A stretch of DNA of 64,000 bases from contig JACRKZ010000073.1 in assembly GCA_016235455.1 (NCBI GenBank), positions 1 to 64,000 of the forward strand. The letters run 5' to 3'. This DNA comes from Armatimonadota bacterium. GTDB lineage: Bacteria > Armatimonadota > UBA10988. The notes beneath the pieces were generated by a model, which saw only the letters and a list, made by a program, of their open reading frames with translations, was not told where the DNA came from and made no database searches. The position numbers and the translations under genes are program-made. This document shows positions 56,233 through 64,000 of this stretch, piece after piece (position 1 is the first letter of the stretch; every line of letters begins with the position of its first letter).

Positions 56233-56261
56233 TTGACCAGCCGGGGTATCGCGGTTACTCT
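56233..56261 (+). promoter_or_regulatory. sigma70 promoter of tyrS: TTGACC-N17-TACTCT
   Basis: About 30 bp upstream of the AGGAG SD and start. Confidence 0.55.
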
Positions 56262-56293
56262 GCCGAGCAGGCAAAAGAGCAGGAGAAACCACG

Positions 56294-57535
56294 ATGAGCG
56301 CCCCCACCGAGCACGTGCTCGACACTTTGGCGGCTCGTGGCTTCATCCACCAGATGAGCGACGAGGCCGTCCTGCGCGAGATGCTGTCTGGACGTGCCAC
56401 GTACTATACGGGCTTCGATCCCACCGGCCCCAGCCTGACCGCGGGTCATCTGGTGCCGATCATGATGATGGCGCACCTGCAGCGCGCGGGCCATCGGCCC
56501 ATCGTGCTGTGTGGCGGCGGCACGGCGCTGGTCGGCGACCCGAGCGGCAAGACCAGCTCGCGGCCGATGCTCACGCGCGACGACATCGACTCCAATCTGG
56601 CCAGCCAGAAGCGCCAGCTCATGCACTTCCTGGAGTTCGACAACGGCGCGGGCCTGACGGCCAACAATGCCGATTGGCTGTGCGAGCTCAAGTACGTCGA
56701 CTTCCTGCGCGATATTGGCCGGCTGTTCAGCGTCAACCAGATGCTCACTGCCGAGATCTACCGCACGCGGCTGGAGAACAACCAGTCGTTGTCCTTCCTG
56801 GAGTTCAACTACCAGTTGCTCCAGGCCTATGACTTCCTGCACCTCTATCGTGAGCACGGCTGCCTGCTGCAGTGCGCGGGCTCCGACCAGTGGGCCAACT
56901 GCCTGGCCGGCATGGACCTCATCCGGCGCATCGAGGGCAAGGAGGCAGCGGTGCTGTGCGCGCCGCTGCTGACCACCGCCACCGGCGCCAAGATGGGCAA
57001 GACCGAGGCCGGCGCGGTCTGGCTGGCGGCCGACCGCACCGCGCCGTACGACTTCTACCAGTACTGGGTCAATGTCGACGACCGTGACGTGCAGAGCTGG
57101 CTGAAGCTGTTCACCTTCCTGCCGCTCGAGCAGATCGCCGACCTGACCAACGTCGAGGGCGCCGCGCTCAACGAGGCCAAGCGCACGCTGGCCTACGAGA
57201 TCACGGGTCTGGTGCACGGCCAGGACGAGGCCGAGAAGGCGCGCGATGCCGCCAAGGCGTTGTTCGGCGGCGGTGGCGACCTGAGCCAGGTGCCCACCTC
57301 CGAAGCCAGCGAGGCCGAGCTGCGCGACGGCGTATCGCTCATGGCGCTGCTGGTGCGCTGCGGCCTGTGCGCCTCCAACGGTGAGGCCAAACGCGCCATC
57401 AGCCAGGGCGGCGCCTATGTCAATGGTGAGCCCTGCCGCGACATCCAGGCCAAGTTGACGCTCGACCACATCGAGGACGGCGGCATCATGCTGCGTGTCG
57501 GCAAGAAGCACTACCATCGGTTGCTGGTGGTGTAG
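56294..57535 (+). CDS. tyrS: tyrosyl-tRNA synthetase
   Basis: YTGFDPT, TAGH (HIGH-equivalent), GDPSGK, EFNYQLLQAYDF, SDQW, KMGKT, C-terminal S4 domain. Confidence 0.97.
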   Translation: MSAPTEHVLDTLAARGFIHQMSDEAVLREMLSGRATYYTGFDPTGPSLTAGHLVPIMMMAHLQRAGHRPIVLCGGGTALVGDPSGKTSSRPMLTRDDIDSNLASQKRQLMHFLEFDNGAGLTANNADWLCELKYVDFLRDIGRLFSVNQMLTAEIYRTRLENNQSLSFLEFNYQLLQAYDFLHLYREHGCLLQCAGSDQWANCLAGMDLIRRIEGKEAAVLCAPLLTTATGAKMGKTEAGAVWLAADRTAPYDFYQYWVNVDDRDVQSWLKLFTFLPLEQIADLTNVEGAALNEAKRTLAYEITGLVHGQDEAEKARDAAKALFGGGGDLSQVPTSEASEAELRDGVSLMALLVRCGLCASNGEAKRAISQGGAYVNGEPCRDIQAKLTLDHIEDGGIMLRVGKKHYHRLLVV

Positions 57536-57613
57536 GGCACGAGCCGCGTTGATTGGCCTCGGCGCCAAGGACTCCCGCCGAACCCGGCGAACCGGTCGGC
57601 GGGAGTCACCACC

Positions 57614-59047
57614 ATGCCACGCATTGCCATGATCGGCGCCGGCAGCCAGGTCTTCTGCAAGACCCTGTCGATGGACATCTTCGCCACTCCGGCGCTGGCC
57701 GGCAGCGAGATCCGGCTGATGAGCCGGACCAAGCCCAAGCTCGACCGCATGGAGGCGTTCCTCCGGCGCGTCGTCGCCGACAACCACCTCGACTTCGAGA
57801 TCAGCAGCACCCTCGACCGGCGCGAGGCGCTACGCGATGCCGACTACGTCATCTGCATGATCCAGGTGGGCGGGCTCGACGCGTATAGCCTCGACTATGA
57901 GATCCCGCTCCGTTACGGCGTCGACCAGTGCATCGGCGACTCGCTCGGGCCGGGCGGCATCTTCCGCGGGCTGCGCACCATTCCCGTCCTGGCCGACCTG
58001 ATGCGCGACATGGCGGAGTTGTGCCCCAATGCGCTGCTGCTCAACTATGCCAACCCCATGGCAGCCTGCTGTCTGGCGCTGGGGCGCATGTCGCATGATA
58101 TCCAGTTCATCGGCCTGTGCCACGGCGTGCAGACCACGATGGACCTCATCGCCGGCTACCTGGACCTGCCCAAGGAGCAGATCGACTTCCTGTGCGCCGG
58201 CATCAACCACATGGCGTGGTTCCTGAAGCTCTCGGACAAGCTGACCGGCGAAGACCTCTACCCGCGGTTCCGCGCCGACTTCGAGAAGCCCGAGTACTAC
58301 GCCAACGAGAAGGTCCGCGGCGAGGTCATGCGCCAGTTCGGCTACTTCATGACCGAGTCGACGGGGCACCTCTCAGAGTACATTCCCTGGTTCCGCGCCA
58401 GCCAGCGCGCGCTCGACCTGTACTGCGACGAGCCCAGCTTCGGCGGCGAGAGCGGTGCCTACTACAAGTACTGCCAGATGCTGGACGGCAAATACCGCGA
58501 CGTGGATTACCTGGCCAGCGAGGACAGCACGGTCGGCCGGCGCTCGGTGGAGTACTGCTCGTACATCCTGGAGGCGCACGAGACCGACCGCGTCTTCCGC
58601 CTGCAGGGCAATGTGCGCAATGACGGCTACATCGACAATCTGCCCGCGGGCTGTTGTGTCGAGGTGCCGGTCTATGTCGACCGCGGCGGCCTGCATCCGG
58701 CCAAGGTCGGCGCTCTGCCGCCGCAGCTCGCGGCGCTCAACCAGAGCAACGTCAGCGTGCAGACGCTGGCCGTCGAGGCCGGGCTCACCGGCGACCCCGA
58801 GCACATCGTCCACGCCGTGGCCATGGACCCGCTGACCAGCGCGGTCTGCACCTTGGCCGAGGTGCGCGCCATGGTCAGCGAGATGCTGGAAGCGCAGCGC
58901 GCCTGGCTGCCGCAGTTCGCGGGCAAGTCCGTGCGGGCGACACCGGCCATCAGCATCCCCGCCGGCCTCAAGCGGGTCGACGTACCGCTCGATCCCGCCC
59001 TGGCCATCGTCCACCGCTTCGCGGAACTGGCGCAGCGGCAGGTCTGA
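57614..59047 (+). CDS. GH4 NAD-dependent alpha-galactosidase/glucosidase (MelA-like)
   Basis: IGAGS, IQVGG, DQCIGD..GPGG, NYANPM, GLCHGVQ, GINHMAW, TESTGHLSEY. Confidence 0.93.
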   Translation: MPRIAMIGAGSQVFCKTLSMDIFATPALAGSEIRLMSRTKPKLDRMEAFLRRVVADNHLDFEISSTLDRREALRDADYVICMIQVGGLDAYSLDYEIPLRYGVDQCIGDSLGPGGIFRGLRTIPVLADLMRDMAELCPNALLLNYANPMAACCLALGRMSHDIQFIGLCHGVQTTMDLIAGYLDLPKEQIDFLCAGINHMAWFLKLSDKLTGEDLYPRFRADFEKPEYYANEKVRGEVMRQFGYFMTESTGHLSEYIPWFRASQRALDLYCDEPSFGGESGAYYKYCQMLDGKYRDVDYLASEDSTVGRRSVEYCSYILEAHETDRVFRLQGNVRNDGYIDNLPAGCCVEVPVYVDRGGLHPAKVGALPPQLAALNQSNVSVQTLAVEAGLTGDPEHIVHAVAMDPLTSAVCTLAEVRAMVSEMLEAQRAWLPQFAGKSVRATPAISIPAGLKRVDVPLDPALAIVHRFAELAQRQV

Positions 59048-59063
59048 CCGATGGGCCGGATCG

Positions 59064-59121
59064 ACAGGTGGCGCAGATGAACGCAGATAGTGATCCATCT
59101 GCGTCCATCTGCGTCATCTGT
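59064..59121. repeat. palindromic element made of short CGCAGAT/ATCTGCG repeats between convergent genes
   Basis: ACAGGTG-GCGCAGATG-AACGCAGAT ... ATCTGCGTC-CATCTGCGT-CATCTGT, about 25-bp imperfect stem with an 8-nt loop. Confidence 0.75.
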
Positions 59122-59124
59122 TGA

Positions 59125-61908
59125 TCATTGCGGCTGGCGGAACGTGCCCTCGAAGGCCAGCCAGTCGACCACGGCCCAGTCGCCGCCGATGTTGTCCACC
59201 TGCGACTTGTGGCGGCCGGCGGGGAGTGACCAGGTGATGACCTGGTTGTACTCGGCAGCGCCGGAATCGTTCTTGCCGTCCTTGTCGGGCAGGTCGACCA
59301 GCTCGGTTTGCTGGCCGTCGATGCGCAGCACCAGCTTGGCGCCGGCCGTGGCCACGGCGCGGACGTGCAGCCGCAGCGTGGCCGGCTGAGCCGCGTCGTA
59401 GGTGAAGGTCGGCGGGTTGCGCAACTCCTGGTGGAGCAGGCCCTGCAAGGTGGCGATCATGGCCTCGGCGCCCGGTACGTCGCCGTCGGGCTTCACCGTG
59501 AAGTCGGCCTTGGCCGGCCGGGCCCAGCCGCTGGGGATGTCCACGCGCGTCGGCTCCGCCAGGCGGCTGATGTCCGGCGCGGCGCCGTAGTCGAGCAGCG
59601 CCACGACATAGGCGTCGACCTCGGGCACGGTGAGACTCAGCCGGTCGCCCTCCAGCCGGGCCTGACCAGCGCGCTCGCCGTCCCAGTCGGGTGAGACCAG
59701 CCGCACTCTGGTGGGCGCGTTGGCCACCGGCAGGGATACGGCGATATCGCGCTGCGGCTCGCGGCGGCGGTTGATGACGTGGAGCGCCAGCCCGCTGGGC
59801 ACCTGCCACGCGGCCAGCCCCACCTCGGGCGCCTTGGTGGCCAGCGGCGACGAGGCCAGATAGCGGCCCTTCAGGTAGAGGTCGCGCTGACGCTGGTAGA
59901 ACCGCGTCTGCTGGGCGATGGTGGCGAGGGTGCCGTCCTGAGCGGCATCGCAGCCGAATGGGCCGAGTACCGGGAAGGCGAACTTGCCGCCGGCCGCGTA
60001 GATCTCCGCGCCGCGCACGCGCATCCAGCGGTCGCGCTCTGCCACGGGCGCCGCCATCCACGGGAAGGGCGTGTCACCAAAGCCCCAGTCGTGGAACAGC
60101 ACGACGGGCACCCGGCGGCCGGCCAGCGCCTCGCCGCGCTTGACCATTGTGCGCCAGATGGGCAGTTGATCCTCGGCGAAGTCGATATGGCCGTCGCGCA
60201 TGGTCCAGTTGCCCCACACGCCGAGCACCTGCAGGTCGACGTATCTGGCCAGGCCGTTGGCGCTGATCCAGACCCGGCGGCCGTGCTCGGCGGCATAGGT
60301 GCGTATGCGGTCTGTGAGGCTCTTCCAGGCATGGTCGTCGCGCCAGGTACGGCATTGGTGCCAGAGCGACACGTGACGGCCCTGCGGTGACTTGGCGAGC
60401 GAGGCGCGATAGTCCAGCGTGTCGATGTTGTCCGTGTCCAGGTCGTACTGCGTGCGCCAGCGCGGGTCGACCGCCGCCCAGCCGCGCGTCGGCTCATGGA
60501 CGTTGCGCAGCCAGTAGCGGAAGTCGGCCACCGAGGCGTCGTCGAAGCCTTCGTTGCCGCCCAGCGCGGCGGTGTGCTCGTCCATGAACAGGTAGTCGGC
60601 GCCCGCATCGATCTGCTCGCGACACCAGCGGAACAGATAGCTCAGGTAGGCCGGGCTGGACAGCGAGCCGTGGCGCGTGCCGGGCTGGTCCCAGGCGTCC
60701 ACGAGCGTGCCATCGGGTCCTCGGGTGGCCATCTCCAGCAACTGCGGGCGGGTGATGCCGTTCTCAGTGTCATACAGCGCGCTGCACGTAATGCCACCGC
60801 CAAACAGCGCGCCGAAGGCGTGCGCCTGCGCCGGCAGTTGGCTCCAGGCCCCAAAGTTGGGCGCCTGGGCCCACTTGAACCAGCCGCGCACGAGCATGTC
60901 GCTGCCCACCAGCTTGGCCAGTTCGAGCGCGCGCGTGGTGCTGGTCATCTCGGCCATGGTGTAGACGATGGGGTCGTTGGGGTCGGTCGCCGGCGTGGCG
61001 CGGCGCAACTCGGCGGGGAAGGGCGGCATTGGCCTGGTCCAGCTGTCGGGCAAGCTGGGCGGGACGAGCTTGTGCTCGGCCGTCAGGCGGTCGCCATCAG
61101 CGCGCAGCCGCACGGCGCGTGCCGCTTGCTGCGCGGCATCGCCCGGGAACGGTGCCAACCAGGCCCAGGCCCGGGCCGACGCGGGCGTGAAGCCGGCATA
61201 GAAGAACAGGTTGGCCGGTGTGTGCAGTTGCAGGAAGGCATGTCCACGGGCACCGTCGATGGCCGGGCCCTGATGCACCACGCCCAACGCTACGCCGCGG
61301 CTGCCGGTGGCCAGCACGGCATTGGTGGCCGGCGCCAGGCTCTTGGCCGTGTCACCGTTGTCGCCCCAGGCCGACACGCCGGCAAAGACCTGCGGCGTGC
61401 CCAGGGCGGCGAACCGACCCTCGTGCGTCTTGCCGTCGGCCGACCAGTAGCGGTAGCCGTCGAACAGCGCCGTGTCGAGTGGCAGGCGTGGCGGGCTCCA
61501 CATCGTGCCTTGCGCCTTGGTCGCGTCCTGCGGATAGCAGCGCATGAGCAGTCCGTCGGCGGTGGCGATGGCTTCCCAACAAACCGGTGAGTCGCTGTCG
61601 GCAACCTGGGCCGTGGCGGCGATGGTGACCACCTCGCCGTGTGGCTCAACCACGATCCGGGCGCGTGCGCTGGTCGGATCGATCAGCCCCGCGGCTGGCG
61701 CCCAGCCGAAGCTGGCGGGGTTGTCCTTGGCGGCGACCGGCAGCCAGGTGCCATCGGGCGCGCGCAAGGCCAGCCGCAGCGTCAGCGCCTCGGTGCCGAC
61801 GACGGCGCGCCAGCCGTCACCAGTGATGGTGGTCGAGGTGGGCTGGCGTGTCACCGTGGGCGCCGCGCTGAGCGCGGCGGCGAACAGCAGCGGAATCAGG
61901 GTGGCCAT
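59125..61908 (-). CDS. large secreted protein, putative unclassified glycoside hydrolase with C-terminal beta-sandwich
   Basis: Signal peptide MATLIPLLFAAALSA; TIM-barrel-like core (RGWFKW, QIDAGADYLFMDE, VLFHDW); C-terminal LPAGRH..DN..GDW..DWL CBM-like module. Confidence 0.6.
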   Translation of the reverse strand: MATLIPLLFAAALSAAPTVTRQPTSTTITGDGWRAVVGTEALTLRLALRAPDGTWLPVAAKDNPASFGWAPAAGLIDPTSARARIVVEPHGEVVTIAATAQVADSDSPVCWEAIATADGLLMRCYPQDATKAQGTMWSPPRLPLDTALFDGYRYWSADGKTHEGRFAALGTPQVFAGVSAWGDNGDTAKSLAPATNAVLATGSRGVALGVVHQGPAIDGARGHAFLQLHTPANLFFYAGFTPASARAWAWLAPFPGDAAQQAARAVRLRADGDRLTAEHKLVPPSLPDSWTRPMPPFPAELRRATPATDPNDPIVYTMAEMTSTTRALELAKLVGSDMLVRGWFKWAQAPNFGAWSQLPAQAHAFGALFGGGITCSALYDTENGITRPQLLEMATRGPDGTLVDAWDQPGTRHGSLSSPAYLSYLFRWCREQIDAGADYLFMDEHTAALGGNEGFDDASVADFRYWLRNVHEPTRGWAAVDPRWRTQYDLDTDNIDTLDYRASLAKSPQGRHVSLWHQCRTWRDDHAWKSLTDRIRTYAAEHGRRVWISANGLARYVDLQVLGVWGNWTMRDGHIDFAEDQLPIWRTMVKRGEALAGRRVPVVLFHDWGFGDTPFPWMAAPVAERDRWMRVRGAEIYAAGGKFAFPVLGPFGCDAAQDGTLATIAQQTRFYQRQRDLYLKGRYLASSPLATKAPEVGLAAWQVPSGLALHVINRRREPQRDIAVSLPVANAPTRVRLVSPDWDGERAGQARLEGDRLSLTVPEVDAYVVALLDYGAAPDISRLAEPTRVDIPSGWARPAKADFTVKPDGDVPGAEAMIATLQGLLHQELRNPPTFTYDAAQPATLRLHVRAVATAGAKLVLRIDGQQTELVDLPDKDGKNDSGAAEYNQVITWSLPAGRHKSQVDNIGGDWAVVDWLAFEGTFRQPQ

Positions 61909-61918
61909 GGCGGCGCTC

Positions 61919-62686
61919 CTAACCGACGAATTGCTTGAGGTAGGCGAGCTGGCGGCCGGTGTTCTCCTCGGCCTTGCGGAACGTACCCACTTCGAGCACG
62001 CACCAGCCGTCGAAGCCCACCTCGGCCAGTGCGTCGACACACTCGGGCAGTGGCACGTTGCCCTCGCCCAGCAGACAGTCGCTGAGCTTGACGCCGAACT
62101 CCTTGATGTGGACCTGGCAGATGCGGCTGGCCAGGGCGCGGATCTCGTAAACGGGATCGTGACCAAGCCACAGCGCGTTGCCCACATCGTAGTAGCAGCC
62201 CACCGCCGGCGAGCCGATGGCGTCGAGCAGGCCGAGCACCTCAGCCGCCGGCAGCTCGCCCTCATAGCCCAACGTGACTCCAGCGGCCTCAGCCGCATGA
62301 GTCACGCCGCGGAAGCCGTCCACGACGCGCGCGGTCTGCTCGGCCGAGCGTGGCGCGGAGTCGAAGAAGAAGGGCACAAGCACCACGCCAGCACCCAGCT
62401 CGGCCGCGGCGGCGATGGCGGCGGTGACGAGTTTGGTGGCCCGCGCGCGCACGGCGTCGTCCTCGCTCGACCAGCCGCCCTGGTTGAGCGTGCCCAGCAT
62501 CAGCGACGAGACCGCCAGGCCGGCGGTGTCGGCCGCGGCGCGCGTGGCGGCGCGGGTCTCGGGGTCGCTGGTCAGGTCGCCGGCCTCGCCGAAGCCCAAC
62601 TCCACGCCGTCGAGCCCGATGCGCTGGGCCACCTCGAACAGCGTGGCGGGCTTGCCGAGGCAGTACTGCAGTGCGCCGAATCGCAT
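61919..62686 (-). CDS. sugar phosphate isomerase/epimerase (xylose-isomerase-like TIM barrel)
   Basis: GLDGVEL, LGYE, YYDVGN, QVHIKE, LGEGNV, GFDGWCVLE. Confidence 0.9.
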   Translation of the reverse strand: MRFGALQYCLGKPATLFEVAQRIGLDGVELGFGEAGDLTSDPETRAATRAAADTAGLAVSSLMLGTLNQGGWSSEDDAVRARATKLVTAAIAAAAELGAGVVLVPFFFDSAPRSAEQTARVVDGFRGVTHAAEAAGVTLGYEGELPAAEVLGLLDAIGSPAVGCYYDVGNALWLGHDPVYEIRALASRICQVHIKEFGVKLSDCLLGEGNVPLPECVDALAEVGFDGWCVLEVGTFRKAEENTGRQLAYLKQFVG

Positions 62687-62719
62687 GAACGTCTCCGGCG
62701 CGATTGTACCCGATGTGAG

Positions 62720-62828
62720 GGCTGAAGGCCCGGTGTCAATCCAGCCCAGGGCAACGCCCTGGGCCAACGTGGGCCATCGCGCGACCCAGGGCGCTGCCCT
62801 CGGTTGATACGGTACCGGGCCTTCAGCC
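62720..62828. repeat. REP doublet (left flank of the Y1 transposase)
   Basis: Outer IR GGCTGAAGGCCCGGT / ACCGGGCCTTCAGCC enclosing two inner palindromes, GCCCAGGGC-AAC-GCCCTGGGC (62744-62764) and CCCAGGGC-GCT-GCCCTCGG (62785-62803). Confidence 0.85.
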
Positions 62829-62865
62829 GTTGATCCGATCTTGGGTTGGTGTTACCTTTCGCAAC

Positions 62866-63318
62866 ATGCCTCAGTCGTTGGCCGACGTGGTGGTGCACAT
62901 CATCTACAGCACCAAGGGACGGCGTCCGTGTTTGTCGGACGGTGTGCTGGCCGAGCCGCACGCGTTCTCAGCGGCGCTGGTGCGCAAGTGCGGCTGCGAG
63001 TGCTATCGCGCTGGTGGCACGGCTGACCATGTGCATCTGGCGGTGCGGCTGGCGCGGACGGTGGCCCTTGCTGAGTTGGTCGAGGAGGTCAAGGTGGCCT
63101 CGTCGAAGTGGCTCAAGGAGCAGTCGTGGGGGTTGGTCGACTTCGCTTGGCAGCGCGGCTACGGTGCCTTCTTGGTCGGCCAGGACGACCTGCCGGGTCT
63201 GATCCACGACATCGACACCCAGCGACAACACCACGCGGGGAATACCTTCGAGCACGAGTACCGTCAGACCCTTGCGGCAAACGGTCTTTCGTACGACGAG
63301 CGGTACGTGTGGGACTGA
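62866..63318 (+). mobile_element. IS200/IS605-superfamily Y1 (HUH) transposase, RAYT-like; catalytic Tyr replaced by Asp
   Basis: MPQSL..HIIYSTK.R, GGTADHVHL (HUH), K..SSKW, FAWQRGYGAF, LIHDIDTQRQHH where YI..Q..HH is expected, YDERYVWD. Confidence 0.9.
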
Positions 63319-63322
63319 ACGT

Positions 63323-63393
63323 GGGCCAACGGCCCGGCGTCAATTCAGCCTAGGACGTTGCCCCAGGCTGGTATGACGCCGGGCCGTTGGCCC
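63323..63393. repeat. REP-like hairpin (right flank of the Y1 transposase)
   Basis: Perfect 20-bp IR GGGCCAACGGCCCGGCGTCA / TGACGCCGGGCCGTTGGCCC enclosing CAGCCT...AGGCTG; related in sequence to the left-flank unit. Confidence 0.85.
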
Positions 63394-63458
63394 TGCGTGG
63401 GTGTATGATCGGTTGGGAGTTCTAGATGTCGGCAGGTGGCCTCAGTCGTTGGCGAACC

Positions 63459-64000
63459 ATGAGCCGCGCCTTGCGGCATCCCAATTTCCGACTGTTCTTC
63501 ATGGGCCAGGGCATCAGCCTCATCGGCACGTGGATGCAGATGATCGCCACCAGTTGGCTGGTCTACCGGCTGACCAACTCCGCCTACTGGCTGGGCATGA
63601 GCAGCTTCGCGAGCCGCATCCCGTCGGTCGTGCTCACGCCGCTGGCCGGCGTGCTGGTGGACCGCTTCAACCGCCAGCGCATCGTTATCGCGGCCCAGGT
63701 GCTGGCCGCGGTGCAAGCGGCCATTCTGGCCGCGCTGTGCCTGACGCACACGGTACAGGTCTGGCATGTCATCGCTCTTGGCGCGCTGCTGGGCGTCGCC
63801 AACGCGTTCGATGTGCCAGCCCGACAGTCGTTCATCGTGCACCTCGTCGAGGACCGCGACGACCTGAGCAATGCCATCGCGCTCAACTCGTCGATGTTCA
63901 ACAGCGCGCGCCTCATCGGGCCGGCCGTGGCCGGGGCGCTGACCGCGGCGTTCGGCGAGGGCATCTGCTTCCTGCTCAACGCGCTGAGCTACATCGCGGT
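63459..64000 (+). CDS. MFS transporter (H+ antiporter-like), truncated by the window end
   Basis: MSRALRHPNFRLFFMGQGISLIGTWMQ, AGVLVDRFNRQR, AFDVPARQSF, NAIALNS..FNSARLIGPA. Confidence 0.92.
   Translation, partial: MSRALRHPNFRLFFMGQGISLIGTWMQMIATSWLVYRLTNSAYWLGMSSFASRIPSVVLTPLAGVLVDRFNRQRIVIAAQVLAAVQAAILAALCLTHTVQVWHVIALGALLGVANAFDVPARQSFIVHLVEDRDDLSNAIALNSSMFNSARLIGPAVAGALTAAFGEGICFLLNALSYIA

Noticed and set aside
56032-56293. T-box riboswitch upstream of tyrS
   Set aside because: No GGTGGxACC T-box sequence or terminator, and a promoter lies about 30 bp from the start codon.
62866-63400. IS605-type element with TnpB/omega RNA
   Set aside because: No tnpB or iscB ORF follows; the next gene is an MFS transporter.

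Overview
High-GC, gene-dense bacterial core-genome segment. A DUF6785-type membrane protein, the carbohydrate-use gene repertoire and the RNA-polymerase insertion pattern suggest Armatimonadota, but this is inference. Housekeeping content: lexA, a UDP-sugar dehydrogenase, coaE, a stand-alone rpoB-rpoC operon with unusually large insert-rich subunits, tRNA-Ile2(CAU), purA, the rpsB-tsf-pyrH-frr-uppS-(cdsA-like)-dxr-rseP cluster, ogt-yvlD-rapZ, a long RecQ, purM and tyrS. It also carries several CAZyme/sugar genes (SASA-type esterase, GH29, GH4, an unclassified secreted GH-like protein), two histidine kinases and one response regulator. Near the right end is an IS200/RAYT-type Y1 transposase flanked by REP-like palindromes and lacking its catalytic Tyr. 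I saw no CRISPR array, rRNA, prophage or intein, and no self-evident novel multi-gene system. The best leads are the RNAP insertions (a Cys4 zinc-ribbon in beta, a helical trigger-loop insert in beta-prime), rifampicin-pocket substitutions, a long structured rpoB leader, a degenerate CdsA, a Zn-less RecQ with a C-terminal remnant domain, and three distinct REP-like palindrome families. Start codons were chosen by eye and all family calls are from motif recognition, not database searches.
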